From Verrucomicrobiota bacterium (GTDB taxonomy: Bacteria > Verrucomicrobiota > Verrucomicrobiia > Limisphaerales > UBA1412), in NCBI GenBank assembly GCA_023230105.1, contig JALNXY010000002.1, forward strand, positions 129,181 through 193,180: DNA of 64,000 nucleotides, given 5' to 3'. Of this stretch, positions 25,950 to 35,446 are shown in pieces. The notes under the pieces were generated by a model that was given only the letters and a program-made list of their open reading frames with translations, did not search any database and was not told the DNA's origin. The position numbers were made by a program, and so were the translations under genes. How positions within the stretch are numbered: the stretch's first letter is position 1; each line of letters opens with the position of its first letter.

Positions 25950-28388
25950 TTAATTATTCTCCGTATGGCGCAAACTGATTGCCACCTCAGGACGTAATTC
26001 TTCCGGAACCTGAAGCTCCAGTTTTCCGTCCTTTGATTCTGCATCCAGGCGCTTCTCGACTCCCGTTATCGTGTTGAGCATCCACACCTCATAGGAAGCT
26101 GAAGGCACCTTGAGCGTCACGTTTTCGGGCATCTGGCGGCTATAGAGCAGGTACTCTTTACCGGTCTGTTCCAGAGCGAAAAGATTCAAGCCGCTATCTG
26201 CAAGGCTCGAGCCCTGCACAGGTTTCAAGCGGATAAAATCAGCGCTCTCCAGAAAGCGTTTCATCAGCCCGATCTGGCGGCGAAACTCCGGACTTCCGCA
26301 ACCCGGGGTTGGCACCTTCACTTCAAAGGTTCCGTCTTCATGCCCCACCGTGAACGAGTAATCCAGGTTGTTATAGAGCGCCCCACCTGACAGCATAAAT
26401 TCCCAGGCTTCGCGCCGATAGTAATTCCCCTGAACTCCTTTGAAACCGGTTTCGTTCATCCCGATAGGCAGAGGCAAGTGGGCGTTGTTGGCCACGGCAC
26501 TGGGCGGCGTGCAATAATGGAAGTTCAGAAGCGACCAGGCCTCGTGCGGATTTTCAACCTTCTTCGAGCCATTGGCCACATTCACAGAAATGAGATGCTT
26601 GCGGGGAAGCTCTTTTTCGGCCTCCACGATCCAATCGGTAACCAGCCGCTGCCAGGCATCCGTGACTCCGCCAAAATAGGGTTCGTTGCAGATTTCAAAA
26701 TAGAAATTGTCGTAGCCGTTGATCTCGCTCACCACTTTGCGGACAAATTCTTTCTGGACCTGAAGCAGCCCTTCTTCGGTATCGGCATTCAGGAGCCTCT
26801 CGGAAGGAATCTTCCCGATGCCCTGGATATTATTCTGCGCATTCATGGGAGAGAGCTTCCACTGCGACGGATCGTAAATGGGGCAGAAAAGATTTAGCTC
26901 CAGAACAATCCCGAACTCGGAGGCTTTTTGCACCAATTGATGCAGCCGCTCAAAATACGCGGTGTTAAACTGCGTAAGATCAAACTTGTTGGCACCATCC
27001 AGCGCACCTGCTTCCTGGCTTCGTTTCCAGGGCGACACAAAGTTTTTGCCGGGCGCCAGCGTGTTATTCTGAATATTGAAATTACCCGCTTCCTCGCGAT
27101 AAGAGCCCATGAAAACACGGGTATGATTGAGACCATCTTTGGAAAGCGTTTCCAGATACTTGTCGAAATTAAAATCCCCATTGAGCAGCGCGCCATAATG
27201 CTCGCCGGAGGTCACCAGAACGGTCGGCTTCCCGCGGAAGAGGAAATATTTCGGGTTTTCCGGGTGGAGCGAAAACGTCTCGCCCAAAGCCCTCTTGCCG
27301 GTGAGCGGCTCAATCATGGGCCATACTGGCTCTCCACGACGGATGATTCCAAAACCGCCTTTGTAATCCCAGTTGGAATAACCGATGTTGTGCCGTTTGA
27401 AGAGCATTGTCACATCCCGATACCAGCGGTATTTATCCGGAGCTGGAGACATCTCGCAGCAACCGAATTCGCCGCAATAGACCGGCAGATTATGTTTTTT
27501 GGCCGCATCCAGAACCTGTTTAAAATGCCCTTCGATCACATTGGCATTGAAGACACGCCGGTTCCATTGTATGCCATATTTTTGGCGTTGTGCTTCGGGA
27601 AGCGCATCCAATTCCTCATCCAGAATGGCTTTGCCCGGATAATGAACCGGCCCGGTGTAATCCCTCATCTCGTGCCAGGGAGCCCGGTTGTGGGTCAGGA
27701 GGAATGGCTCATAATAGTGGAAAGTGATAATGATATTGGGGTCGTTCTCAGGCACCCAGAGATCTTTCACGGTGCTGAAATTTTGCCAGCGGTTCGAACC
27801 GATGAGGAGTTTGCGCTCAGGCTCCAGCTTCCGCAGAGTCGCCACGCAGCGCCGGACAATCTTATTCCAGACCTCCGAGTCATCGGCCACCGGCTCATTC
27901 ATCAGCTCATAGGCGACCCAGCCATTCGAGTACTTGTTCAGCTCACTGCTCAGTTTTTCCCAGCAGGCGTAGAATTTCTCCTGAGCTTCCGGGTCCGTGA
28001 AAAGGGGTCTGACCTTGCTGTCGAAGTAGTGTGAGCGCAGAACGTGCAAATCCACGATCGCCCGCAGCTCATGTTTCCGGCACCAGTCAAGCGCCTGATG
28101 CAGCAGGAGGAAAGCTTCTGCGTTTTTATTCCCGTCTTCATCGAACATCTGTTCTTCATCCACCGGGATGCGCAGATGGTCATAGCCCAGAGAGGCCAGG
28201 AAGGCCACATCTTTTTCGGTAAAGTAAGCCGCACGCCTTTCACCGCGCGCTCCGCTTTGCGAAAGCCAATGGCTGATATTGATTCCCCTCTTTACTTCAA
28301 AGGGAACAGTCTCTTTTTCTGCCGCCAGGCCGTTAAAGGCCATACAGGCGAGAAGAAAAAAAAGGCAATAGACTAAGTTTTTATTCAT
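25950..28388 (-). CDS. Secreted two-domain glycoside hydrolase (N-terminal GH5 cellulase-like, C-terminal second TIM-barrel-like GH domain)
   Basis: Start moved to ATG 28388 (MNKNLVYCLFFLLACMAFNGLA signal). GH5 hallmarks are GINISHWL, YELMNEP (acid/base NEP) and CGEFG (nucleophile). The C-half has a second ICNEP motif. Confidence 0.8.
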   Translation of the reverse strand: MNKNLVYCLFFLLACMAFNGLAAEKETVPFEVKRGINISHWLSQSGARGERRAAYFTEKDVAFLASLGYDHLRIPVDEEQMFDEDGNKNAEAFLLLHQALDWCRKHELRAIVDLHVLRSHYFDSKVRPLFTDPEAQEKFYACWEKLSSELNKYSNGWVAYELMNEPVADDSEVWNKIVRRCVATLRKLEPERKLLIGSNRWQNFSTVKDLWVPENDPNIIITFHYYEPFLLTHNRAPWHEMRDYTGPVHYPGKAILDEELDALPEAQRQKYGIQWNRRVFNANVIEGHFKQVLDAAKKHNLPVYCGEFGCCEMSPAPDKYRWYRDVTMLFKRHNIGYSNWDYKGGFGIIRRGEPVWPMIEPLTGKRALGETFSLHPENPKYFLFRGKPTVLVTSGEHYGALLNGDFNFDKYLETLSKDGLNHTRVFMGSYREEAGNFNIQNNTLAPGKNFVSPWKRSQEAGALDGANKFDLTQFNTAYFERLHQLVQKASEFGIVLELNLFCPIYDPSQWKLSPMNAQNNIQGIGKIPSERLLNADTEEGLLQVQKEFVRKVVSEINGYDNFYFEICNEPYFGGVTDAWQRLVTDWIVEAEKELPRKHLISVNVANGSKKVENPHEAWSLLNFHYCTPPSAVANNAHLPLPIGMNETGFKGVQGNYYRREAWEFMLSGGALYNNLDYSFTVGHEDGTFEVKVPTPGCGSPEFRRQIGLMKRFLESADFIRLKPVQGSSLADSGLNLFALEQTGKEYLLYSRQMPENVTLKVPSASYEVWMLNTITGVEKRLDAESKDGKLELQVPEELRPEVAISLRHTENN

Positions 28389-28484
28389 GGATAAGAACAG
28401 GTTGATTTTTTCTTTTGATACAAAAAGGGGTGGATGCTCTTCACACCCACCCATCCAAAGAGTGTTATAACTCCCCGTTAAAAC

Positions 28485-29840
28485 TTACTTGAGTTCTTTA
28501 ACGCGCATGTGGCGGAAGGCAACATTGCCGTGATCGCCCTGGACGAAGAATGCGCCCGGGTCATTCACGTTGCCGTCGAGCTCACTGCCGGTAGGACGAT
28601 CCACCGTAACATTGTCATGAACCTTCACTCCGTTGACAATGATGGTGAACTGGTTTCCTTTGACTGTCGCTTCCACGGTATTCCATTCGCCGGGCTTCTT
28701 GGAAGCCTTGGCCAATGCCGCAGTATGATTATAAATAGCGTTATCTCCCGTCTTCTCAGGTTTAGCCGTTACCGGTTCGCCGAAGATTTGGACTTCATGG
28801 CGGCCGCGCAGATAGAATCCGCTGTTGGAACCCTCGGGCACCATGTATTCATAGCGAACGACGAAGTCGCGATATTTCTGGTTGGTGACGAGGTCGGTAC
28901 CATGCTGTCCTTTGGGAATGCTGTTGACGAGCATACCATTCTGAGAGCTCCAGCTCTTAAGGCCATTGGGGTTGCGATAGTGCCAGCCGGTCAGGTCGCA
29001 GCCGTTGTAAAGCGGGACAAATCCATCAACCGCTTCTTCCGTGCTCACTGTGTACCAATTGCTGGTAGCACTCGGGTCGCCGTCGATCACGCCCATGGAC
29101 CAGAGAATGCCCTGCAATACATGGCTCTCATACCAATCCTTTTCGATCACGTCCGTGCGGTGTCCCAGAGAGGTGTAGAAAACGCGGCCCTGGCCCCAGT
29201 TCTTGCAATAAGCGATCGTATAATCTCCGGGCTGATTCGCCGTCGGGCTGCCGTCGTTGGGACGCTTATCCATCGTGAGAAGGCCGTGGACGGTCGCGCG
29301 ATTAAATTTCTGCATAATGTACATCTCATCATGAACCACCAGGTTATCGGGGATATCCTTGATAATGGGATGAGTCGGATCTTCCTTTATCACGTTCACC
29401 GTCGCCTGAGCGCCATGGGTCAGGAACAGGCCGCCCACCATTTCGGTGTAAGGAGGAAAACCGGCGAAAGTATCGGTCGCGGCATGGAGCCCGACAAAGC
29501 CCTTACCGGAGGCAACCCAATTGATAAAGCCCTGCTTATCAGGCAGAGGAAGCTCACCGGTCGTGTTATTGAAGACCACGCCGTCATATTTTTTCAGGGC
29601 GTCCATGGTCATGAGCTTGGCCATATCTTCGTCGCTCTTTACAAATTCCACATCAAACTGGCCGCTCTCTTTGGCCAACTTTTCAAGCATTTTATCCGCT
29701 GAGGGGATAACATCGTGCTTAAAGCCCTTGGTCACAGAAACGACCAGGACTTTTTTATCTGCGGCTTGCGCCGAAATAGCAAAACAGGCGGCCAACGCCA
29801 GAGCGCTCGCCTTCAAGCATATACTTCTATAATTTTTCAT
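28485..29840 (-). CDS. Secreted ThuA-like domain fused to DUF1080 (3-keto-disaccharide hydrolase-like) domain
   Basis: Start at ATG 29840 (MKNYRSICLKASALALAACFAISAQA). ThuA-like VLVVSVTKGFKHDVIP...GFVGLHAATDTF...SLGH. DUF1080-like FVPLYNGCDLTGWH...GFYLRGRHEVQI...GNVAFRHMRVKEL. Confidence 0.75.
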   Translation of the reverse strand: MKNYRSICLKASALALAACFAISAQAADKKVLVVSVTKGFKHDVIPSADKMLEKLAKESGQFDVEFVKSDEDMAKLMTMDALKKYDGVVFNNTTGELPLPDKQGFINWVASGKGFVGLHAATDTFAGFPPYTEMVGGLFLTHGAQATVNVIKEDPTHPIIKDIPDNLVVHDEMYIMQKFNRATVHGLLTMDKRPNDGSPTANQPGDYTIAYCKNWGQGRVFYTSLGHRTDVIEKDWYESHVLQGILWSMGVIDGDPSATSNWYTVSTEEAVDGFVPLYNGCDLTGWHYRNPNGLKSWSSQNGMLVNSIPKGQHGTDLVTNQKYRDFVVRYEYMVPEGSNSGFYLRGRHEVQIFGEPVTAKPEKTGDNAIYNHTAALAKASKKPGEWNTVEATVKGNQFTIIVNGVKVHDNVTVDRPTGSELDGNVNDPGAFFVQGDHGNVAFRHMRVKELK

Positions 29841-29925
29841 AAAATAACTCGTCAAAAACACATTAGGTTAGACGCCTTCGACAAAGGCATTATTCAGAAA
29901 AGAGACTAAAAAACAAGACCATATT

Positions 29926-30522
29926 TCACCGCCGATAGCAACCGGAAGCCAGCACGGCCTCCCGGACTGCCGGTGGCATCAGCCCTTCAACACTTTGGCC
30001 CGTAGCAATCCGCTCACGTATTCCCCGGGAGGAAGTCTCGCTGAACACGGTGTCAATCAAGTGCATACGAAAAGCCTCAGGCAAAGGCAAAAAGCTCTCT
30101 CCAGGACGGCTCACGACGGCAAATTCCACCAGCCGGGCCAATTCCTGGGCATCTTTCCATAGGGGCAAGCTCGGCGCATTATCCATCCCGATGAGGTAAT
30201 AAAGCTCATCTTCCGGAAAGCGCTTCCTGTACTTCCTCACGGTCTCTATCGTGTAGGAGATGCCCCCGCGCTCGAGCTCTGAAGAATCGATTTTCCACTC
30301 GGGGTGACCCTTCAGAGCCAATTGCACCCATTTCAGGCGAAGAGCCGGCGGAGCCGTAAACTGCCCTTCCTTGAAAGGCGAACGGGCCGCCGGGACAAAA
30401 AAGAGTTGGTCCAGCTTCAGATGATTGCAGGCAGCCTCGGCCACCTGCAAATGCGCCGAGTGAATAGGGTCAAAAGACCCGCCATAAATTCCGAGCCTCA
30501 CAATTCCAGCAGCCTTTCCCAA
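29926..30522 (-). CDS. nadD: Nicotinate-nucleotide adenylyltransferase
   Basis: 198 aa. GIYGGSFDPIHSAHL (HxGH-type motif), ISYTIETV, SSRGIRE. Confidence 0.9.
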   Translation of the reverse strand: MGKAAGIVRLGIYGGSFDPIHSAHLQVAEAACNHLKLDQLFFVPAARSPFKEGQFTAPPALRLKWVQLALKGHPEWKIDSSELERGGISYTIETVRKYRKRFPEDELYYLIGMDNAPSLPLWKDAQELARLVEFAVVSRPGESFLPLPEAFRMHLIDTVFSETSSRGIRERIATGQSVEGLMPPAVREAVLASGCYRR

Positions 30523-30573
30523 TAGAAAGGGAGCTTTTTTCCAAAGCCCCCCTTCCGGTTAAATTCAAGTGAA

Positions 30574-31575
30574 TTAAATAGACGTCACGCGGGCCAGATA
30601 ATCAATCTCCCGCTTCAACTCGGCAAAACGCTCCTCGGGCGTCTTGAGACGGCCGACGATCTCGTTTTCCAGGCACATATCGGCTTTGTACTTCGCCGCC
30701 TTCATGATCTGCGCGAACTTTTCGAAATCGATATCGCCTTCATCAATCGGTGCGGCATATTTTCCATACTCCCAGCCCATCGGACGCTCGCTGTTACGCT
30801 TATCTTCCGGGTATTTGATGCTCTTGCAATGGGTATGAAAAGCCTTTCCGGCATAGCGCTCGAAGATCCCGTAAATATCATTCAGAGGATGCCCGTACCA
30901 ATAGAAATTGGCCGTATCCAGGGTCAAACCAAGCCGATCCGAGCCCACTCCGTCAAAGAGACGATCCAGGAACAACGGGTCATTGGTGACGCCGCCGTGA
31001 TTCTCGATGGCATAACGAATCTTTGTGCCTTTGACCAGGTCGCAGAGCTTCTTGCAGGCGTTAATGGCGATGGGGAGGAAATCCTCCTTGCTCGACTTGG
31101 AGGGATAAACATCAATACGAATCGCCGGAACCTTCAAAATCTCGGCAGCATTCACAACCATTTCCGCATATTTGAGCTCCTCGACCAAATCCTGCTCCAA
31201 CGTATTACCCATCAGGAACGCGGAAACATGCTTTTTCTCCGCCTTGAGGTCTTTCTTGAGCTCCTTGATGCCGGCATCGTTCGTCAGATCATACTTTTTC
31301 TCATCGCTGAAAAAATTGTTGCTCTGGAATCCGCGCGGCGAAGAAGCCTCCACGGCACTGATGCCGAGCCGGTCCATAGCTTCCCAGCAACTTTTGGCTC
31401 CAAACGTCGCCAGGAGATTATCGCGGCAGGAGATCTCCCAACGCGGTTTTTTCGCTTTGCGCGCGGCAAAAGCCTCCGCAGAGCCAAAACCCAAAGCCAT
31501 ACAAGAGGCTGACGCCATCACGGCACTCTTGAGAAACGAGCGCCGACTGCTTAAGAAACAATCATTCTTCTTCAC
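30574..31575 (-). CDS. TAT-exported xylose-isomerase-like TIM-barrel protein (sugar phosphate isomerase/epimerase family)
   Basis: 333 aa. Twin-arginine signal SRRSFLKSAVMASAS. AP-endonuclease-2/xylose-isomerase-like motifs (IENHGG, LTLDTANFYWYGH, HCKS). Confidence 0.75.
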   Translation of the reverse strand: MKKNDCFLSSRRSFLKSAVMASASCMALGFGSAEAFAARKAKKPRWEISCRDNLLATFGAKSCWEAMDRLGISAVEASSPRGFQSNNFFSDEKKYDLTNDAGIKELKKDLKAEKKHVSAFLMGNTLEQDLVEELKYAEMVVNAAEILKVPAIRIDVYPSKSSKEDFLPIAINACKKLCDLVKGTKIRYAIENHGGVTNDPLFLDRLFDGVGSDRLGLTLDTANFYWYGHPLNDIYGIFERYAGKAFHTHCKSIKYPEDKRNSERPMGWEYGKYAAPIDEGDIDFEKFAQIMKAAKYKADMCLENEIVGRLKTPEERFAELKREIDYLARVTSI

Positions 31576-31650
31576 CCGCTCATAAAAGACGAAAAGAAGA
31601 AGAATTTCAATTCTTTTATCGGAGGGATTTCTAGAGGCTCCCCTGCTAAA

Positions 31651-31683
31651 AACAAAAAAAACGGGGAGACACCCATCTCCCCG
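31651..31683 (-). terminator. Rho-independent terminator downstream of ptsH
   Basis: CGGGGAGA-loop-TCTCCCCG stem followed on the minus strand by TTTTTTTTGTTTTT. Confidence 0.75.
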
Positions 31684-31746
31684 ACTATTTTCTTACTTGA
31701 AGGCTCCCCTACCGAAGCAGGGGAAAATTCTCTGCAAACTGGCTAT

Positions 31747-32049
31747 TTACTCTTCGCCGAACTTCTCGTTCACCAGTTTCTGTATCTCATCCAAGGCTTC
31801 GCGAGCATCCTCTCCGGCAGCCTTGACCAGAATGTGACTACCTTCACCCGCTGCCAGCATCATCAAACCCATAATGCTTTTACCATTGACCTCTTCACCA
31901 TCTTTTTCAACATAGATGGAACATTTGTAACGTCCTGCCAATTTTACAAACTTTGAAGCCGGTCTGGCATGAAGCCCATAACGGTTCAGAATTACCATCT
32001 CCTGAGACAACCCCTCAGAAGTATCCATTTGACTACTTGTGTTACTCAC
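31747..32049 (-). CDS. ptsH: Phosphocarrier protein HPr
   Basis: 100 aa. NRYGLHARPASKFV (His15 site) and GKSIMGLMML (Ser46 site). Confidence 0.9.
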   Translation of the reverse strand: MSNTSSQMDTSEGLSQEMVILNRYGLHARPASKFVKLAGRYKCSIYVEKDGEEVNGKSIMGLMMLAAGEGSHILVKAAGEDAREALDEIQKLVNEKFGEE

Positions 32050-32256
32050 AGCGCTTTCTGGTTGGAGAAAATTTTAAAACTAGCGCGTCGTCATTCCAAT
32101 ACGCCGCACACGGTCGCTCCACCGCCACCGCAAAAAGAACTATACACGCCTCCGGAGTTTAATGCAAAAAAATTTGCTGCTTTTTGGACCATAAAATGAG
32201 GTCCGACGCCATGAACCTCGCTCGGCAAAAAAGATGAAGACGTTTCCGCTGGAAAT

Positions 32257-32330
32257 TGGCTGTCCGACCTGGATTTGAACCAAGACAGAGGCTTCCAAAG
32301 AGCCTAGTGCTACCATTACACCATCGGACA
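32257..32330 (-). tRNA. tRNA-Gln (anticodon UUG), CCA encoded
   Basis: Hand-folded cloverleaf on the minus strand. Acceptor TGTCCGA/TCGGACA (U1:A72, G73 as in bacterial tRNA-Gln), D arm GTGT-AATGGTA-GCAC, anticodon arm AGGCT-CTTTGGA-AGCCT, T arm CTTGG-TTCAAAT-CCAGG, 74 nt. Confidence 0.9.
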
Positions 32331-32453
32331 AGCCGCGGTGAGGAAGATACCAACTCTCGGGCTTATGGGCAAAGTATTTTTTAATTTAGGCTGGATTTTC
32401 CCCGGATTTCCCTTAGAATCTGGTCCCGGTAACTGTTACGTAGATAAAATGCT

Positions 32454-33692
32454 ATGGATATTATTTTAAGAAGTCGGCTGTCCCTGATGATGTTGGTTCA
32501 ATACATCATTTGGGGGTTATGGTATTCAACACTGGGCGCTTTCATGACTCATAAGGGTTTTTCTTCGACACAAATCCCCCTTGCCTATGCCTCAACGGGT
32601 ATCGCATGTATGATCTCGCCTTTCTTCGTCGGAATGGTCGCGGACCGCTTTTTCGCCACCCAAAAAGTTATGGCGCTCCTGCACTTTCTGGGCGCGATCT
32701 TCGCTGTCGCTGCGGTCATGCAAACCCAATTTGCGTACTTTTTTACCTTTTTGCTCCTGCATACCATCTGCTACATGCCGACTCTGCCGCTGGCTAACTC
32801 CCTTTCCTTCAAACAGCTAAAAAACCCGGGCGAACAGTTTCCCACAATCCGCGTTTTCGGCAGCATCGGCTGGATCGTAGCCGGCTCCATTATCTCCGTG
32901 CTCAAATTCGATAAAACAGAGGGCATGTTCTATACGACCGCCTTTTTCGGAGTCGCCATGGCCGTCTACTGTATGACTCTCCCGAATACACCTCCGGTAA
33001 AGAGTGAAAAAGCCATCACAGCCCGCGAAATTCTGGGCCTGGATGCACTTGCCTTGCTGAAAGACCGCAACGTTCTGATCTTCATGCTGGGCTCCTTCCT
33101 CACCTGTATCCCCTTGACCTTCTACTTCTCCGCAACCGGCATTTACCTGGGAGATAATAACATCGAAAAAATCGGCGCCATTATGACTATCGGTCAGTGG
33201 GTCGAAATGGGCTTCTTCCTCATCATGCCCATTCTCTTCAGAAAATTGGGAATCAAGAAAATGCTCCTTCTGGGTATGCTCTGCTGGGCTCTGAGGCTCT
33301 CCTGCTTCGGCTATGCGGATGGCAAAAACCTTCTTTGGATGATCATCCTGGGTATTGCTCTGCACGGCATGGCATATGACTTCTTCTTTGTAACCGGCCA
33401 GATTTACATCGATCGACGCGCTCCGGAGAAAATCCGCAGCTCAGCTCAAGGTCTTCTCTACTTCCTGACCCTCGGAGCAGGTATGCTCGCCGGAAACCTC
33501 GTTTTGGCTCAGGTCAACGCCCGCTTCAGCCATGTCGTTGAGAAAGTCGGAGCCAATGACGTTATTGAAAAAGTCACGGTCTATGATTGGCCCAGCATCT
33601 GGTACATAGCTGCCGGAATGTCAGCGGCTGTCTTCATCATGTTCGCTCTGGCTTTCAAGGATACGGACGCGAAGGAAGAGAAAAAGGCATAA
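32454..33692 (+). CDS. MFS nucleoside:H+ symporter family transporter (NupG/XapB/YegT-like)
   Basis: 412 aa, about 12 TM. N-terminal LSLMMLVQYIIWGLWYSTLGAFM and FFVGMVADRFF resemble the Nuc_H_symport family. Confidence 0.75.
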   Translation: MDIILRSRLSLMMLVQYIIWGLWYSTLGAFMTHKGFSSTQIPLAYASTGIACMISPFFVGMVADRFFATQKVMALLHFLGAIFAVAAVMQTQFAYFFTFLLLHTICYMPTLPLANSLSFKQLKNPGEQFPTIRVFGSIGWIVAGSIISVLKFDKTEGMFYTTAFFGVAMAVYCMTLPNTPPVKSEKAITAREILGLDALALLKDRNVLIFMLGSFLTCIPLTFYFSATGIYLGDNNIEKIGAIMTIGQWVEMGFFLIMPILFRKLGIKKMLLLGMLCWALRLSCFGYADGKNLLWMIILGIALHGMAYDFFFVTGQIYIDRRAPEKIRSSAQGLLYFLTLGAGMLAGNLVLAQVNARFSHVVEKVGANDVIEKVTVYDWPSIWYIAAGMSAAVFIMFALAFKDTDAKEEKKA

Positions 33693-33728
33693 GGAATCAG
33701 TAAAGAAACAGTCTTTCTGAAAACACGA

Positions 33729-33765
33729 ACACCCTCTGAGGATTATTCCCGGAGGGTGTTTTGTT
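33729..33765 (+). terminator. Rho-independent terminator after the nucleoside transporter gene
   Basis: ACACCCTC-loop-GAGGGTGT followed by TTTGTTT. Confidence 0.7.
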
Positions 33766-33797
33766 TGGATCAATTCGAAGCGAGGCCGGTCTGGCGG

Positions 33798-34622
33798 CTA
33801 TCCCTGTTTGCAGAGTTTCTGAATGGAGTGGAAGCCCACGCTCAGGATAAAGAGAGCGATCGCCGTCAAAACGATCAGAGGTCCGCAGGGAAGGTCAAAA
33901 TAATAAGCCCCCATCACCCCAAAGGCGCCGGAAATGAGGCCCATCAGGACGCTCACGACGATATGGCGCCTCAGGTTCGTGGTCACGTTGCGAGCCGCCG
34001 CCGCCGGGATAATCAAAAGCGCCGTAACAAGAATAATCCCCAGAAGCCGAACGCTCAGAGCGACCGTAAAAGTCAGGAGCAGGAGGAAGAGATAGTTCAG
34101 GACCTTTACTCTCACGCCCGAGACCTGGGCCAGGCCTGCATTGAGCGTCAGAAGAATCAGCGAGCGCATCTTGAAGAGGATAAAACAGCTGCCCAGCCCG
34201 GCAATCAGGGCCGCAAACCAGACCTGCGCCGGTCCCGTGGCCAGAATGTCGCCAAAGAGATAGCGATGCAGCTCCCCGCGGTAGCCTTTCAAAAGACTCA
34301 AAATCACGACGCCCACCGCAACCGAGCCCGAAAGCAGAACCGCCATAATCGTATCGGTCAGGAGCTTCGTGTTTTCCTTGAGCCAGATTACCCCGAAAGC
34401 GATCACGAGGCTGAAGAGAATTTGTGTCAAAGTCGGGTCGCTCAGTCCCCACCAGAATCCCAGCGCCACACCGGTCAGTGAGCTGTGGGCCAGCGTTTCG
34501 CTGAAAAAGGAGAGCTTGCGGGCGGTCACGAAAACCCCCATCAGGGCGCAAAACGGTCCCATCAGGAGAGCCATAACAAGCGCCCTCTGCATAAAAGCCT
34601 CTGAAAACATTTCCGATAACAT
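33798..34622 (-). CDS. znuB: Metal (Zn/Mn) ABC transporter permease, ABC-3 family
   Basis: 274 aa, about 8 TM, typical ABC-3 layout, downstream of the ATPase and binding protein. Confidence 0.8.
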   Translation of the reverse strand: MLSEMFSEAFMQRALVMALLMGPFCALMGVFVTARKLSFFSETLAHSSLTGVALGFWWGLSDPTLTQILFSLVIAFGVIWLKENTKLLTDTIMAVLLSGSVAVGVVILSLLKGYRGELHRYLFGDILATGPAQVWFAALIAGLGSCFILFKMRSLILLTLNAGLAQVSGVRVKVLNYLFLLLLTFTVALSVRLLGIILVTALLIIPAAAARNVTTNLRRHIVVSVLMGLISGAFGVMGAYYFDLPCGPLIVLTAIALFILSVGFHSIQKLCKQG

Positions 34623-34624
34623 CC

Positions 34625-35434
34625 TTAATTCTCCTTATTTTGAGCCGCCGGCGTGTGAGTGTGGCTGTGGTGATGCTGATAATAGGATAACTCCCGCCCG
34701 AAAACGTGTGCCAGATTCTGAGCTCCCAAAACTTCCTGCGGAGTCCCATGGCAGCAGATCACCCGGTTGAGCGCATAGACCCGGGAGGCATGTTTATAGA
34801 CCATCGACAGATCGTGCGAAACCAGCATCACGGTTAAATGGCGGTGCGCATGTATCTTGCCGATCATTTCGTAGAAGCTTTCCTCTCCCGGCGCATCCAC
34901 TCCCGCCGTGGGCTCATCCATGAAAAGCAGTTCCGGTTCTTTCAGAAGCGCGAAAGCGATCATCACCCTCTGGAACTGACCGCCCGAGAGCTCAGCCACC
35001 GAACGGCCGAGCAAATCCTGAATTCCGATTTCCTCCACGGTTCCGGAGAGCAACTGATCCACCCGCCTGTTCGAAAACCAGGGCCAGCGAATTCCCTTCA
35101 GGTGCAGAGAGAGAAGTTCCCTGACATTCAAAGCGAAACTGGGATCCGCCACCAGGCGCTGAGGGACATACCCCACCCGTTGGGAAACTTCCCTGAAAGA
35201 ATCGCTCCCCAAAATCCGCACCGTGCCGCTCTTGAGAGGGGTGAGTCCCAGGAGCGCCCTGAGAAGCGTTGTCTTGCCGGCTCCGTTGGGGCCGATCAAG
35301 GCGACGGCTTCACCCTGCATAATCTGCAGGCTAATATTTTCCAGCACAGGCCGCCCATCCAGGCTTACCGAGAGGTCGTGCGCCTCTATCACCGGGACTT
35401 GGCTGTGCGCATGTTTCTCGCAACAGGATGACAT
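34625..35434 (-). CDS. znuC: Metal ABC transporter ATP-binding protein
   Basis: 269 aa. Walker A GPNGAGKTTLL, signature LSGGQFQRV, Walker B LLFMDEPTAGVD. C-terminal His-rich tail HHHSHTH. Confidence 0.85.
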   Translation of the reverse strand: MSSCCEKHAHSQVPVIEAHDLSVSLDGRPVLENISLQIMQGEAVALIGPNGAGKTTLLRALLGLTPLKSGTVRILGSDSFREVSQRVGYVPQRLVADPSFALNVRELLSLHLKGIRWPWFSNRRVDQLLSGTVEEIGIQDLLGRSVAELSGGQFQRVMIAFALLKEPELLFMDEPTAGVDAPGEESFYEMIGKIHAHRHLTVMLVSHDLSMVYKHASRVYALNRVICCHGTPQEVLGAQNLAHVFGRELSYYQHHHSHTHTPAAQNKEN

Positions 35435-35446
35435 CTCTTATCGCCG

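Noticed and set aside
28340-28365. A8-9 homopolymer in the signal-peptide coding region of the GH5 gene as a slipped-strand phase switch
   Set aside because: It is a single moderate-length run encoding FFLL in a hydrophobic signal peptide, with no supporting evidence of variability. Such runs are common by chance.
26928-29702. 368-aa (26928..28034) and 397-aa (28509..29702) plus-strand ORFs
   Set aside because: Antisense shadows of the GH5 gene and the ThuA-DUF1080 gene respectively. The minus-strand products have signal peptides and family motifs.
33756-34749. 241-aa plus-strand and 284-aa minus-strand ORFs overlapping znuB/znuC
   Set aside because: Alternative frames of the metal ABC permease and ATPase region. 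Their products are Arg/Gln/Pro-rich low-complexity sequences, whereas the znuB frame gives a clean 8-TM ABC-3 permease.
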